A DNA stretch of 15,753 nucleotides. Origin: Octopus sinensis. Lineage: Eukaryota. Made by a program: the position numbers and the translations under genes. Location: positions 1 to 15,753 of the forward strand of contig NW_021825396.1 in the NCBI RefSeq assembly GCF_006345805.1, in the 5' to 3' direction. This document shows positions 1 to 8,303 of this stretch, one piece after another (the stretch's first letter is position 1; each line of letters opens with the position of its first letter). The notes below the pieces were generated by a model that was not told the DNA's origin, did not search any database, and saw nothing but the letters and a program-made list of their open reading frames with translations.

Positions 1-601
1 AAAAGAGAGAAGAAGAAGAAGAAGGTCTGGTTTGGTTCCGACCTCCAGGTGGATAAGAATTGGGATGAGGTGACGAACAGGTTGGCCTGTCTTACCCAGA
101 AATGGTCAGAGAAGTTGTTCCTGAAAGGTTGAGCAGATGTGGCAAATGTCTACACCGTCTCTCATTATTTATCGTCCGACCGTCGTACCTTGTCCCAGTT
201 ACTGCTTCATTATGTCGGAGCGTATCCTGCGCATTTTTTGTGGAAGAGATGTGTTACAATAGACAGTGGGTCTGTTTGCTGCCAACTCCGTCTGCGTGGT
301 CTTAGGTATGCCATGGCTTTTGATCCACAGACACGCACTCAGGTTACGTCAACTGCAGCGATTTCTAGAATGTGAACGTGTGTGGGCTCCGTTTGTGAGA
401 CACCCCTTTCTAAAGCCTGTCTCCTTGACGGAGCTGCAGTTCTGAGTGAAGGATAGACCAAGACTGGCGCCTGGCACTTAGAACGTCGTTTAGGCGCTCA
501 CTGTCCTCTACCAGTCGGGCAACAGGATCGGTGGATGTTGACTTTAACTATTTACAGAGGATTAGTAGCTGGGAAGTGCGACGATGTTCTCGGGGAGACC
601 A

Positions 602-816
602 CAACGAAAAACGACTGATGACAGTCAAGGCTGATCTGGAACCCAACCTAGGCCCCCATATCTATGGCGTTTGCCGCTGGAATAAGGAGTGGTTGGAGCT
701 CACGCGGTCGTTAGTCTCAAATGGCCAGGCCTGGCCGGCGTTTGTGAGAGATGCAGCATTGAGGATGAATGAAACCAGCTCAACCCACCCCGGGTGAATG
801 CTGTAAGAAGAAGAAA
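602..816 (+). mobile_element. 5'-truncated RTE-like LINE 3' end (215 bp) nested in the Tx1-like element
   Basis: Flanked by an exact 8-bp direct repeat GGAGACCA (594-601, 817-824) and ends in TGT-AAGAAGAAGAAA. Encodes ..TVKADLEPNLGPHIYGVCRWNKEWLELTRSLVSNGQAWPAFVRDAALRMNETSSTHPG* (stop 795-797), which resembles RTE-clade C-termini. The insertion is well supported; the RTE label is less so. Confidence 0.7.
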
Positions 817-920
817 GGAGACCATAAGAGTCGAAGAAGACGAACTGGCAAGTCTATTCCGGAAGACTTTCCGATCGGGGCCTACCGTGGATGGATTCCA
901 GATGTCTTTGACCTGGTAGT

Positions 921-972
921 GCTACCGGTGGGGCGCTAACGGTGGGGCGCTACCGGTGGGGCGCTACCGGTT
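921..972. repeat. 14-bp tandem repeat (GCTACCGGTGGGGC) x3.7
   Basis: Units at 921-934, 935-948 (one mismatch), 949-962 and partial 963-972. Confidence 0.95.
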
Positions 973-1478
973 CGAGATAAACTCTACAGACACCGATGTG
1001 CAGTGAGGTGGGCTTGTCCGAGGTGCTTGCAGAGCGACAAAACTTTTCTGCGTACACTCGTTCGTTGTCCAGGCATTGCTGATTTGTGGAGTTATGTCGA
1101 ACAGCTGCTGTCGTGTGTGGGACGAGTCCTTCTGTCACCCGAGTGTATAATGATGATTGCTCCGCCGTCCTACTTTAATTAGTCAGGCCGGGCAGTTTTA
1201 CTTTGCCTGGTGGGGCTGTGGTGAGAGAGGTGGTCTGGTGGACGAGGTTGAAAGGAATGAGGACAGAAGCATTCCTCTTTGGTAAAACCTTCATCGACTT
1301 TTCAAGTTGAAAAGGAAAGTCAGGATGGAGAGGGAGGTGCGGTCCTCGAGTAAATTCATAAATAGGTGAGCGAAATTTGCGAAAATGGCAAGAGTGGATG
1401 GTACTACTCTCAGTGTATACCTGTGAGTCGGAGGAAAGGTGTTGCAAAAGGTATTCGTTCGTGGTATTCAGCGTATAA

Positions 1479-1709
1479 GGCGGCGTGCTGGCAGAAATGT
1501 TAGCACGCCGGGCGAAATGCGTAGCCGTATTTCGTCTGCCGTTACGTTCTGAGTTCAATTTCCGCCGAAGTCGACTTTGCCTTTCATCCTTTCGGGGTCG
1601 ATAAATTAAGTACCAGTTACGCACTGAGGTCGATGTAGTCCACTTAATCCGTGTGTCTGTCCTTGTTTATCCCCTCTGTGTTTAGCCCCTTGTGGGTAAT
1701 AAAGAAACA
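1479..1709 (+). mobile_element. tRNA-derived SINE, family A, copy 1
   Basis: GGCGGCG head, A-box-like TGGCAGAAATG, B-box-like GAGTTCAATTTCC, tail ..GGGTAATAAAGAAACA. Exact 12-bp TSD GGTATTCAGCGT at 1463-1474 and 1710-1721. Aligns by eye with 4646-4876, 8304-8534 and 13535-13765. Confidence 0.9.
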
Positions 1710-1960
1710 GGTATTCAGCGTGATCTTATATGGTAGAGTTCTTCGATCGTTCCCAGAGGTCCACTTGATAAGGAGCACCCCATGACAATCACTTTCTTTT
1801 CTCTTAGTTCCGTATACTATGTATACTTCCTTTCTTTTAATACATATCGTGTATACATTTCTTTTTTATTTATCATTCCATTACATGTAAGCCCCTACAC
1901 TTTATGTCCGACTTTGTATTGTCCCCCTCATCCTTCACCCTGGTGGCATATAACAGAAAT

Positions 1961-2059
1961 CATCATCATCATCATCATCATCGTCATCATCCCATCATCA
2001 TCATCATCATCATTATTATTATTATTATTATTATTATTAGTATTAGTATTAGTATTTTT
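1961..2059. repeat. Compound microsatellite (CAT)n-(ATT)n-(ATTAGT)n
   Basis: Direct reading. Confidence 0.95.
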
Positions 2060-2557
2060 GAATGAGAGAGCAGTGCAAGCCATCAAAGTGACACTGGGGT
2101 AAAATGTACGAAGCCCAGTATACCCATCATGACTACCCGTCTGATAAGGGTACAGTAGGTACATGCATCACAACCATATGTGCGTGACAGGGTGATCGCA
2201 TATCAAGATAAACAGCACATGACCTTGCAGGTGGAGCCCAGTTAGAATTTTCTTCTGGTCGAGTAACCCATCCCGTTTAAAAGGTCCCTGAATAAGGATT
2301 GTTTAAGGATGTTGACCGAAACACTCATGTTTTCAGAGGTGAATTATTCAAACCCCAAAGAATCCCTCTCAACACATGGCTATGATGCTCCCCCACTACT
2401 TCTGATCATGATCAGAGATGCACATATCGTCAGCCACTAAGGGACATGCTCAACTGGTTAAGGTCAAACAACTGACAAGCAAATATGTGATATTCAGCAG
2501 AATATTTGCTGTAGCCCATCTTTTATACCAAGACAAAAACAATGTACATGATAACAC

Positions 2558-2558
<1 letters not shown>
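2060..2558 (-). mobile_element. Unclassified non-coding interspersed element 'X', copy 1, embedded in (ATT)n
   Basis: Alignable to 14834-15158 with the same left end (GA[A/G]TGAGAGAGCA..) and a different right end, and flanked by ATT tracts on both sides. No A/B boxes or recognisable ORF. Minus strand inferred from fixed-end/variable-end polarity. Confidence 0.7.

Positions 2559-2630
<72 letters not shown>
2559..2630. repeat. (ATT)n microsatellite
   Basis: Near-perfect ATT run with one ATC variant. Confidence 0.97.
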
Positions 2631-2631
<1 letters not shown>

Positions 2632-2904
2632 GACATTCGGTAGTTTCAGCCAAATTTCTATTGCACCACCTGCTACACGTCGCTTGCTGGGGGGTGTGTG
2701 CAGCATTGTGTGCATTCTTATTTCTTTTTTGTTTTGTTGTTGTTATTATTATATTACATAAATCAGTTTGTTTTCTTAAGGGGGTTTAGTTGCAGTCTTT
2801 TGTTGTATTTGTGTCTGTATTGTGTGCCGTGTGTGTAATCCGAGTTGTGTTCTTTAGTTGGTCATTCGACCTGTAGAGTACATGTTGTGCAGCTATATTA
2901 ATTT

Positions 2905-3917
2905 ACTAGCATTAAAGACCCGTCGTTGCCGGGTCATAGTGCTAGTGCATGTATATATGTGTATTTATATGTGTACATATTACATGTACATCTATATATA
3001 TACATCTACACATAAAATATAAAATACAAAGTTATATCTTGATATCGCTAGTGATAACAATACTCAAAATATATAACAGACTGGAATTGTTAGCCCGTCT
3101 CTTGTAATTTCGATCAATTGTATCTTGTCCTCCCTCTTGTATAGAAGTGTGGCTACAATCCAGCCTACCTCTGCTTCGGGGGGGGGGGTGGGGGGCATTA
3201 AAAATTTTTTCCGGCACTTCCTACGTCCCAGATATAAAGGTAAACATAAAATATTTCCACTTTGTAAATTCGAGTCGGGTACTCCCTTGCACGGTCCGTT
3301 GACTCGAACCTTGCTTCTATTGTGGCGAATTTACTGCCTCTGATTAGATACCTTTCATAGTCGCACCAAGACACTTTCGAAGGTGCTTTCCTCCATGTGT
3401 TCAAATCTTTTTTCTCTACATTGTATACTTTATAGACAATAGTCTTTTCTTTAATTTAATTTTTGATATCCATCTGGACTATTCCATTTCTGCAAGCTAA
3501 TTTTATTTTTAATTATTCCCATTAATGTGAAACCCCTTATTCAAGTTCAAGTCATTGATGCAATTTTATACCAATTGCCTTTTTACTTTTGTTATGTTAC
3601 GATTATATTATACTTTAGTTTGATTTTAATATTACTACTACATATGATTCAATTGTTATTATTATTTTTATTGTTAGTGAAAGTATCTGACATAAATAGA
3701 GAAATGTTTTTGTTTCACTTTTAATACGTAATACTGAAATAGTGGAGAAGATATGATATTGCTATGGGCTCGCTCAAGGCAAGAAGTTGAACATGTTTTT
3801 TTGCCCATGAAACTACATGTGTAAAATTTGAATGAAATTGGTTGTGTAGTTCTCAAGTTTTAGGGAAACACACAGACAGACAGACAGACACATTCTCAGT
3901 TTTATATATATAAAGAT
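2905..3917 (+). mobile_element. Non-autonomous Helentron/DINE-1/HINE-like rolling-circle element (~1 kb)
   Basis: 5' end ACTAGC with nested hairpin (ACTAGC 2905-2910 / GCTAGT 2941-2946; GACCCG 2917-2922 / CGGGTC 2930-2935). 3' end AAATTTGAATGAAATTGGTTG..(ACAG)n..TTTTATATATATAAAGAT. Sits between T's with no TSD. These features are recalled as typical of DINE-1/Lep1-like elements; boundaries are approximate. Confidence 0.62.
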
Positions 3918-4645
3918 TGCATATTTACTGTATAGAGTGTTTTGCGTTTGTAGATTGTTTTATAAGGGTTGTACTATTAAATTGATAGTGCCTTATATAG
4001 AATGTGACTTGTTTCTCTCAGGTTTACTTTTTGGATGGTGTGTAGTGCTGAGGGTCCAGTTATAGGTTCAACGCTTTCATTCGTACGCTTTTTTTTTTCA
4101 ACATAGCCAATGCTTTAATTATTACTGGTATTGTTTTCACCTTCATGTTCCACATCTCGAATACTTTAATTTGGAGATATTTTTATTTTTTAAATTTCTA
4201 CATTTTGGGAAATATTTTGGGACTGCAACGTCCATCAGCAAGCAGGTGCTTGTATTCAAACCCTTGATTATCATGTCTGTCCGTTTAGCTTTGATTTATT
4301 TGTTAGTTTGAACAGGAACATCCCAGATGGTTGTGGACTGGTCGTTGTCTTGTACATTATTTGGCACGTTTATACAATTTATTGTCACATTTTAAGTTGT
4401 AATGGATATAACTACTTCCTCGGTCATGTCTTTATATATTCAGATTTAAGTTAAGAACTGGACGGCCTACGATGATGTGGTCAACAGTCTCATTGTGTTG
4501 GTTGCACATTCTGAATCTGGTGTTAGGTTCTGTTTTCATATTTTGCAGCACGAGTAAGTCCAGAGCATTTGAACCATTGTTGGTTTTTACTTAGGCTTCA
4601 CCTCTTCTTTTTCAATCCTTGCACGGTATTAGGCATAGAGGCTAT

Positions 4646-4876
4646 GGCGGCGAGCTGGCAGAAACGTTAGCATGCCGGGCGAAATGCTTTGCGGTATTTC
4701 GTCTGCCGCTACGTTCTGAGTTCAAATTCCACCGAGGTCGACTTTGCCTTTCATCCAATCGGGGTCGATTAGATAAGTACCAGTTACGCATTGGGGTCGA
4801 TGTAATCGACTTAATCCGTGCGTCTGTCCTTGTTTGTTCCCACTGTATTTAGCCCCTTGTGGGGAGTAAAGAAATA
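4646..4876 (+). mobile_element. tRNA-derived SINE, family A, copy 2 (inserted in the old R4/Dong)
   Basis: A-box-like TGGCAGAAACG from 4656 and B box GAGTTCAAATTCC at 4718-4730. 17-bp TSD GGTATTAG[G/C]CATAGAGG at 4625-4641 and 4877-4893 (1 mismatch). Confidence 0.92.
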
Positions 4877-5133
4877 GGTATTAGCCATAGAGGGTATTTA
4901 GAAGGTTTTAATGATAACTTTTTTTTAGTCATTCATGTATAGGATATGATTTATAGTTTGTCCATAGTATCTGTAATCTGTAGTGGTGTTATTTAACAAG
5001 TTTGTTAGCGGGATCAAAGCAAGGCACAAAAGCACTCAATAATCCACGAATGTAGAATCATATTTTAAGCTTTGTGGTAATCAATCCAGGCCATTCCCAA
5101 ATTTGTCCTCTTGTGCTTATAATATTGTATTAC

Positions 5134-5134
<1 letters not shown>

Positions 5135-5167
<33 letters not shown>
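5135..5167. repeat. (ATT)11 microsatellite between the two R4/Dong copies
   Basis: Direct reading. Confidence 0.97.
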
Positions 5168-5170
<3 letters not shown>

Positions 5171-7279
5171 TAGTATATTTTTTATATCGTGCTTTCACTT
5201 CACTACCGAGCGCAGCTCTGTGTGCCTTGGGTATGTGCTGTGATTTGTTGTGATGCTCTGATGGTTATTGTATGGAAAGTGTTCTGCGTAGGATGTGTGC
5301 AGTGGCTAGTAGTGCAATTTTCTGTATGTTATATGTGTTTGTAAGTCCTGGTGTTTTTTGTTATGTATTTGTCTGAATATTTTTTTATCATGCCTAATGC
5401 ACCTACTATGATAGGAATTGTTTCTGTTTTCAGATTCCACATTCTAGTTACCTCTATTTCCAGGTCTTTGTATTTTGAGAGTTTCTCCATTTCTTTTAGA
5501 GACACGTTGTCATCAGCCGGTATTGATACATCAATTAGAAAGCATTTTTTTTCTTCATGATCTCTGACAACTATATCTGGTCTGTTGGCCTTAATTTCTC
5601 AATCTGTGTGTATCGGCATATCCCAGAGTATGGTTGCTTTCTCGTTTTCTGTGACCTTTTCTGGTGTGTGCCTATACCATCTTTTTTCTGTTGTTATTCC
5701 ATAATGTTGGCATAGCTTCCAATGTATGTAAGTTCCAACTCTGTCATGTCTGTGAATATATTCCTTCTTAGCCAGGACTGGGCATCTAGAGATGATATGA
5801 TTTATTGTTTCTTGTCCATCTCCACATATTCTGCAGTTACTTGTAATATTTCTTTTCATTACATGTTTTTGGTAATTTCTGGTGGGGAGGCTTTGGTCTT
5901 GTGCTGCAATTAAAAATCCCTCTGTTTCTGCTTTGAGTCCTGAGCTTCTCAACCATTGCTGGGATTTTTCTTTGTCTATTTCTTTTGCGTTTGTTTAGTG
6001 CAGTATTTACCATGAAGGGGTTTTCTTGCCATCGTTTTATCATGGCTCGTTGCTGTTCTATTTTTAGCTTGGATTTCATTGTTTTATAGCTTTTGTTGTT
6101 TCTTCATCATCTTCTTCTTCTTTGTGTTTATTAGGTGGTATGATTTCTTGTTTGTATTTGTCAGCTTCCTTAAATACTGAGAACAGTTTTTTGTTTTGCT
6201 CGTGTTTTGCTGCTATCTGGATCAGTTTTCCTTCCTTCTGAAGTAGGTATTTTTGCAGTCCTATGGTGGTTATTTTATAGTAGTTTTCAGCTGTATAAGG
6301 CCTCTACCATCTTCTATACGTTGTATATATAGTCTTTCTATGTCAGATTTTGGGTGATGCATCCTAGATCCTGTCAGTATTTTTCTTGTTTTCCTATCTA
6401 TTTTGGACAGTTCATTTCGTGTCCAGTTAAGGATATTGTAGCTGTAACTTATAACTGGGACGCTAAAGTGTTGATACCTATTATCTTGTTTTTAGCATTG
6501 AGCTCTGTTTTTAGTATTGATCTAACTCGTCTATAATATTCTTTTTTTATTTTCTCTTTCATTGTGTGTTGTGTCTTATCTAGTTCATGGATTCCTAAGT
6601 ATTTGTAAGTTTGGCTTTGGTCTAATTCTTTTATTTCATTGGTTTTATCTAGTGTGATGTTGTTACTCTTAACTAGTTTTCCTCTTTTCATGGTTACTTT
6701 GGCGCATTTTTCTAATCCAAATTTCATATCTATTTCTTTGGTAAATCCATGAACTGTCTTTAATAGTGTTTCCAGCTGTTTGTCATTTGCAGCGTATAGT
6801 TTTAGGTCATCCATATATAAAAGGGGCTGATCGTTTTGCCGTAACATTTATATCCGCATCCAGTCTATTAACATATCAGATAGAGGTGACAGTGCCAAGC
6901 AGAAAAGGAGTGGAGAGAGCGTGTCTCTCTGGAATATTCCTCTTCTAATGGGGATGTCTTTGGTTTTCATGAGTCCCTCTTTTGTTTGGAGGTGTAGGAC
7001 TGTTTGCCATTTATTCATAGAGTGCTCTATGAATTTTATGATTGTTGGTGCTACTTTGTTAATGGCCAGTGTTTCGAGGATCCATGGTGGGGGATGCTAT
7101 CAAACGCCTTTTGTAGTCAATCCAGGCCATACTGAGGCCTTTCTTCTTTCTGTGCTGTCTTCAGTTACGGCTTTATTAATCATTAGTTGATCTTTACAGC
7201 CATATGAGCCCTTGCGGCATCCTTTCTGCTCTTCTGGGAACAGTTTGTTTTCGTCCAGGTGCTTGTTCAGCCTTTGCGA

Positions 7280-7280
<1 letters not shown>
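5168..7280 (-). mobile_element. Younger 5'-truncated R4/Dong-clade non-LTR retrotransposon (RT + CCHC + restriction-like endonuclease) inserted in an (AAT)n tract
   Basis: Minus strand: EEQKGCRKG; MAWIDY (AWIDY 7113-7127); GIFQRDTLSPLLF; YMDD (6806-6817); KCA; YKYLG; ERLYIQR..GRGL; CRICGDGQETINHIISRC (5782-5835); RHDRV; WDMPIHTD*EIKANRPDIVV..LIDVSIP..KEMEKLSKY (PD at 5575-5580); stop TAA 5265-5267. A short 3' UTR ends ..ACTACTG directly before (AAT)n, and the 5' end is cut inside RT and joined to (AAT)n. RLE-encoding R4/Dong elements are known to include TAA-repeat-specific members. Confidence 0.92.
5265..7279 (-). pseudogene. Disrupted RT-endonuclease ORF of the younger R4/Dong element
   Basis: Track ORFs 6449..6847, 5837..6079 and 5599..5952 are fragments of one frameshifted ORF. 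There is an in-frame TGA at 5599-5601 and a +1 T at 5354-5359. Confidence 0.9.
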
Positions 7281-7342
<62 letters not shown>

Positions 7343-7497
7343 TATTACTATAATAATAATAATAATAATAAAATAATAATTATTATTATTATATTGTTGT
7401 TGTTGTTGTTATTATTATATTGTTGTTTTATTATTATTATTATTTATTATTATCATTATTATTGTTATTATTATCATTTTATTATTATTATTATTAT
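7281..7497. repeat. Compound (ATT)n/(AAT)n/(GTT)n microsatellite
   Basis: Direct reading; includes an opposite-polarity (TAA)n block at ~7351-7380. Confidence 0.95.
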
Positions 7498-7499
7498 CT

Positions 7500-7529
7500 C
7501 TCCTGCGCCTATGGTAATAGGCGCAGGAG
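7500..7529. repeat. Perfect 13-bp inverted repeat, 4-nt loop, at the SINE-B 5' junction
   Basis: CTCCTGCGCCTAT-GGTA-ATAGGCGCAGGAG. Confidence 0.95.
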
Positions 7530-7979
7530 TGGCTGTGTGGTATGTAGCTTACTTACCAACCACATGGTTCCGGGTTCAGTTCCACTGCGTGGTACCTTGG
7601 ACAAGTGTCTTCTACTATAGCCTCAGGCCAACCAAAGCGTTGTGAGTGGTTTGGTAGACGGAAACTGAAGGAAGTCCATCGAAAATATATATAATATATA
7701 TATAATATATATTATATAATTAGATGTTGTGGTGTGTGTGTGTGTATGTGTGTGTTGTGTGTGTATGTTTGTGTATCTGTGCTTGTCCCTCCAACATCGC
7801 TTGACAACCGACGCTGGTCTGTTTATGTCCCCGCCACTTAGCGGTTCGGCAAAAAAGTGACCGATAGAATAAGTACTAGGCTTACAAAGAATAAGTCCTG
7901 GGGGCGATTTGCTCAAGTAAAAGGCGGTGCTCCAACATGGCCGCAGTCAAATGACTGAAACAAGTAAAATAATAAAAGA
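7520..7979 (+). mobile_element. tRNA-derived SINE, family B, copy 1 (with internal TA/TG microsatellite)
   Basis: A box TGGCTGTGTGG 7530-7540 and B box GGTTCAGTTCC 7573-7583. Internal (TA)/(TG) tract ~7684-7776 and A-rich tail. Collinear with 14055-14492. Confidence 0.9.
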
Positions 7980-7980
7980 A

Positions 7981-8090
7981 TCATCATCATCATCATCATT
8001 ATTATTATTATTAGTAACAAGAAAAACAAAAACAACAACAATAATATAACAACAACAACAACAATAATAATAATAATAATAGAAGTAATA
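7981..8090. repeat. Compound (CAT)/(TAT)/(AAC)/(AAT) microsatellite
   Basis: Direct reading. Confidence 0.9.
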
Positions 8091-8303
8091 GCGTAAAAAC
8101 AGCCAAGATAAAAATGCGTAGGTTTCCCGGCGTCCTAAACACAATCTGTATCAGCACCAGTTAGCAAATGCAATCTAAAAGATATTGATTGCATTCATGC
8201 AAGTTCTCTGATTCCCCCTCCAAAGATTCCTTTCCTATTTTAGAAACCGGAATAATTCGGTGAACTAAAAATAGCCCGTATACACGTATACACGCTGCAA
8301 ACA

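Larger units (their letters stand above)
25..1426 (+). pseudogene. Disrupted ORF2 remnant of the Tx1/L1-like LINE
   Basis: Multiple in-frame stops (e.g. TGA 130-132, TAG 917-919) and frameshifts. Removing 602-824 restores a continuous frame TLTIYRGLVAGKCDDVLGET-IRVEEDELASLFRKTF. Confidence 0.78.
25..1960 (+). mobile_element. Decayed Tx1/L1-clade non-LTR retrotransposon, 3' part (end of RT, post-RT region, zf-RVT-like C-terminus, 3' UTR), interrupted by two insertions
   Basis: Manual translation across stops and frameshifts: VWFGSDLQVDKNWDEVTNRL...KWSEKLFLKG*ADVANVY (from 25); IIYRPTVVPCP; HFLWK; GMPWLLIHRHALRLRQLQRFL; ALPVRDKLYRHRCAVRWACPRCLQSDKTFLRTLVRCPGIADLW (from 961; CxxC at 1015-1026, final C at 1066); VVWWTRLKG...RKVRMERE...TTLSVYL* (stop 1424-1426). 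A T-rich 3' UTR then runs to the (CAT)n tract. Clade assigned by motif recognition, no database search. Confidence 0.8.
2631..5134 (-). mobile_element. Old, internally deleted R4/Dong-clade non-LTR retrotransposon with two nested insertions (not visible in the ORF track)
   Basis: Minus-strand remnants: NLGMAWIDYHKA* (AWIDY 5077-5091); INHILYMND (YMND 4928-4939); QQWFKCSGL (~4555-4582); FRMCNQHNETVDHIIVGRP..RHDR (~4430-4516, decayed CCHC); IWDVPVQTNK*IKAKRTDMIIK..LLMDVAVP (~4219-4330, decayed RLE); MWNMKVKTIPVII..TSHILYKALSI* (stop 3977-3979). An A/C-rich presumed 3' UTR continues across the Helentron-like insert to ..ACTACCGAATGTCG-(AAT)n at 2631. The UTR assignment (2631-2904) is less certain. 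Confidence 0.8.

Noticed and set aside
531-797. 88-aa ORF as a gene
   Set aside because: It is a chimera of an off-frame Tx1 segment and the nested RTE-like tail.
921-972. CRISPR-like array
   Set aside because: The units are contiguous with no spacers, and the context is eukaryotic with no cas genes.
1175-1624. 149-aa minus-strand ORF
   Set aside because: It is antisense to SINE-A and the Tx1 C-terminus; similar peptides arise at the other SINE copies.
1782-2789. Poly-I/L/N/D ORFs here and the similar ones at 7259-8144 and 14625-15389
   Set aside because: They are triplet microsatellite read-through.
5135-7497. Defining a TSD for the R4/Dong elements
   Set aside because: Both flanks are ATT repeats, so duplication cannot be distinguished from target or tail.
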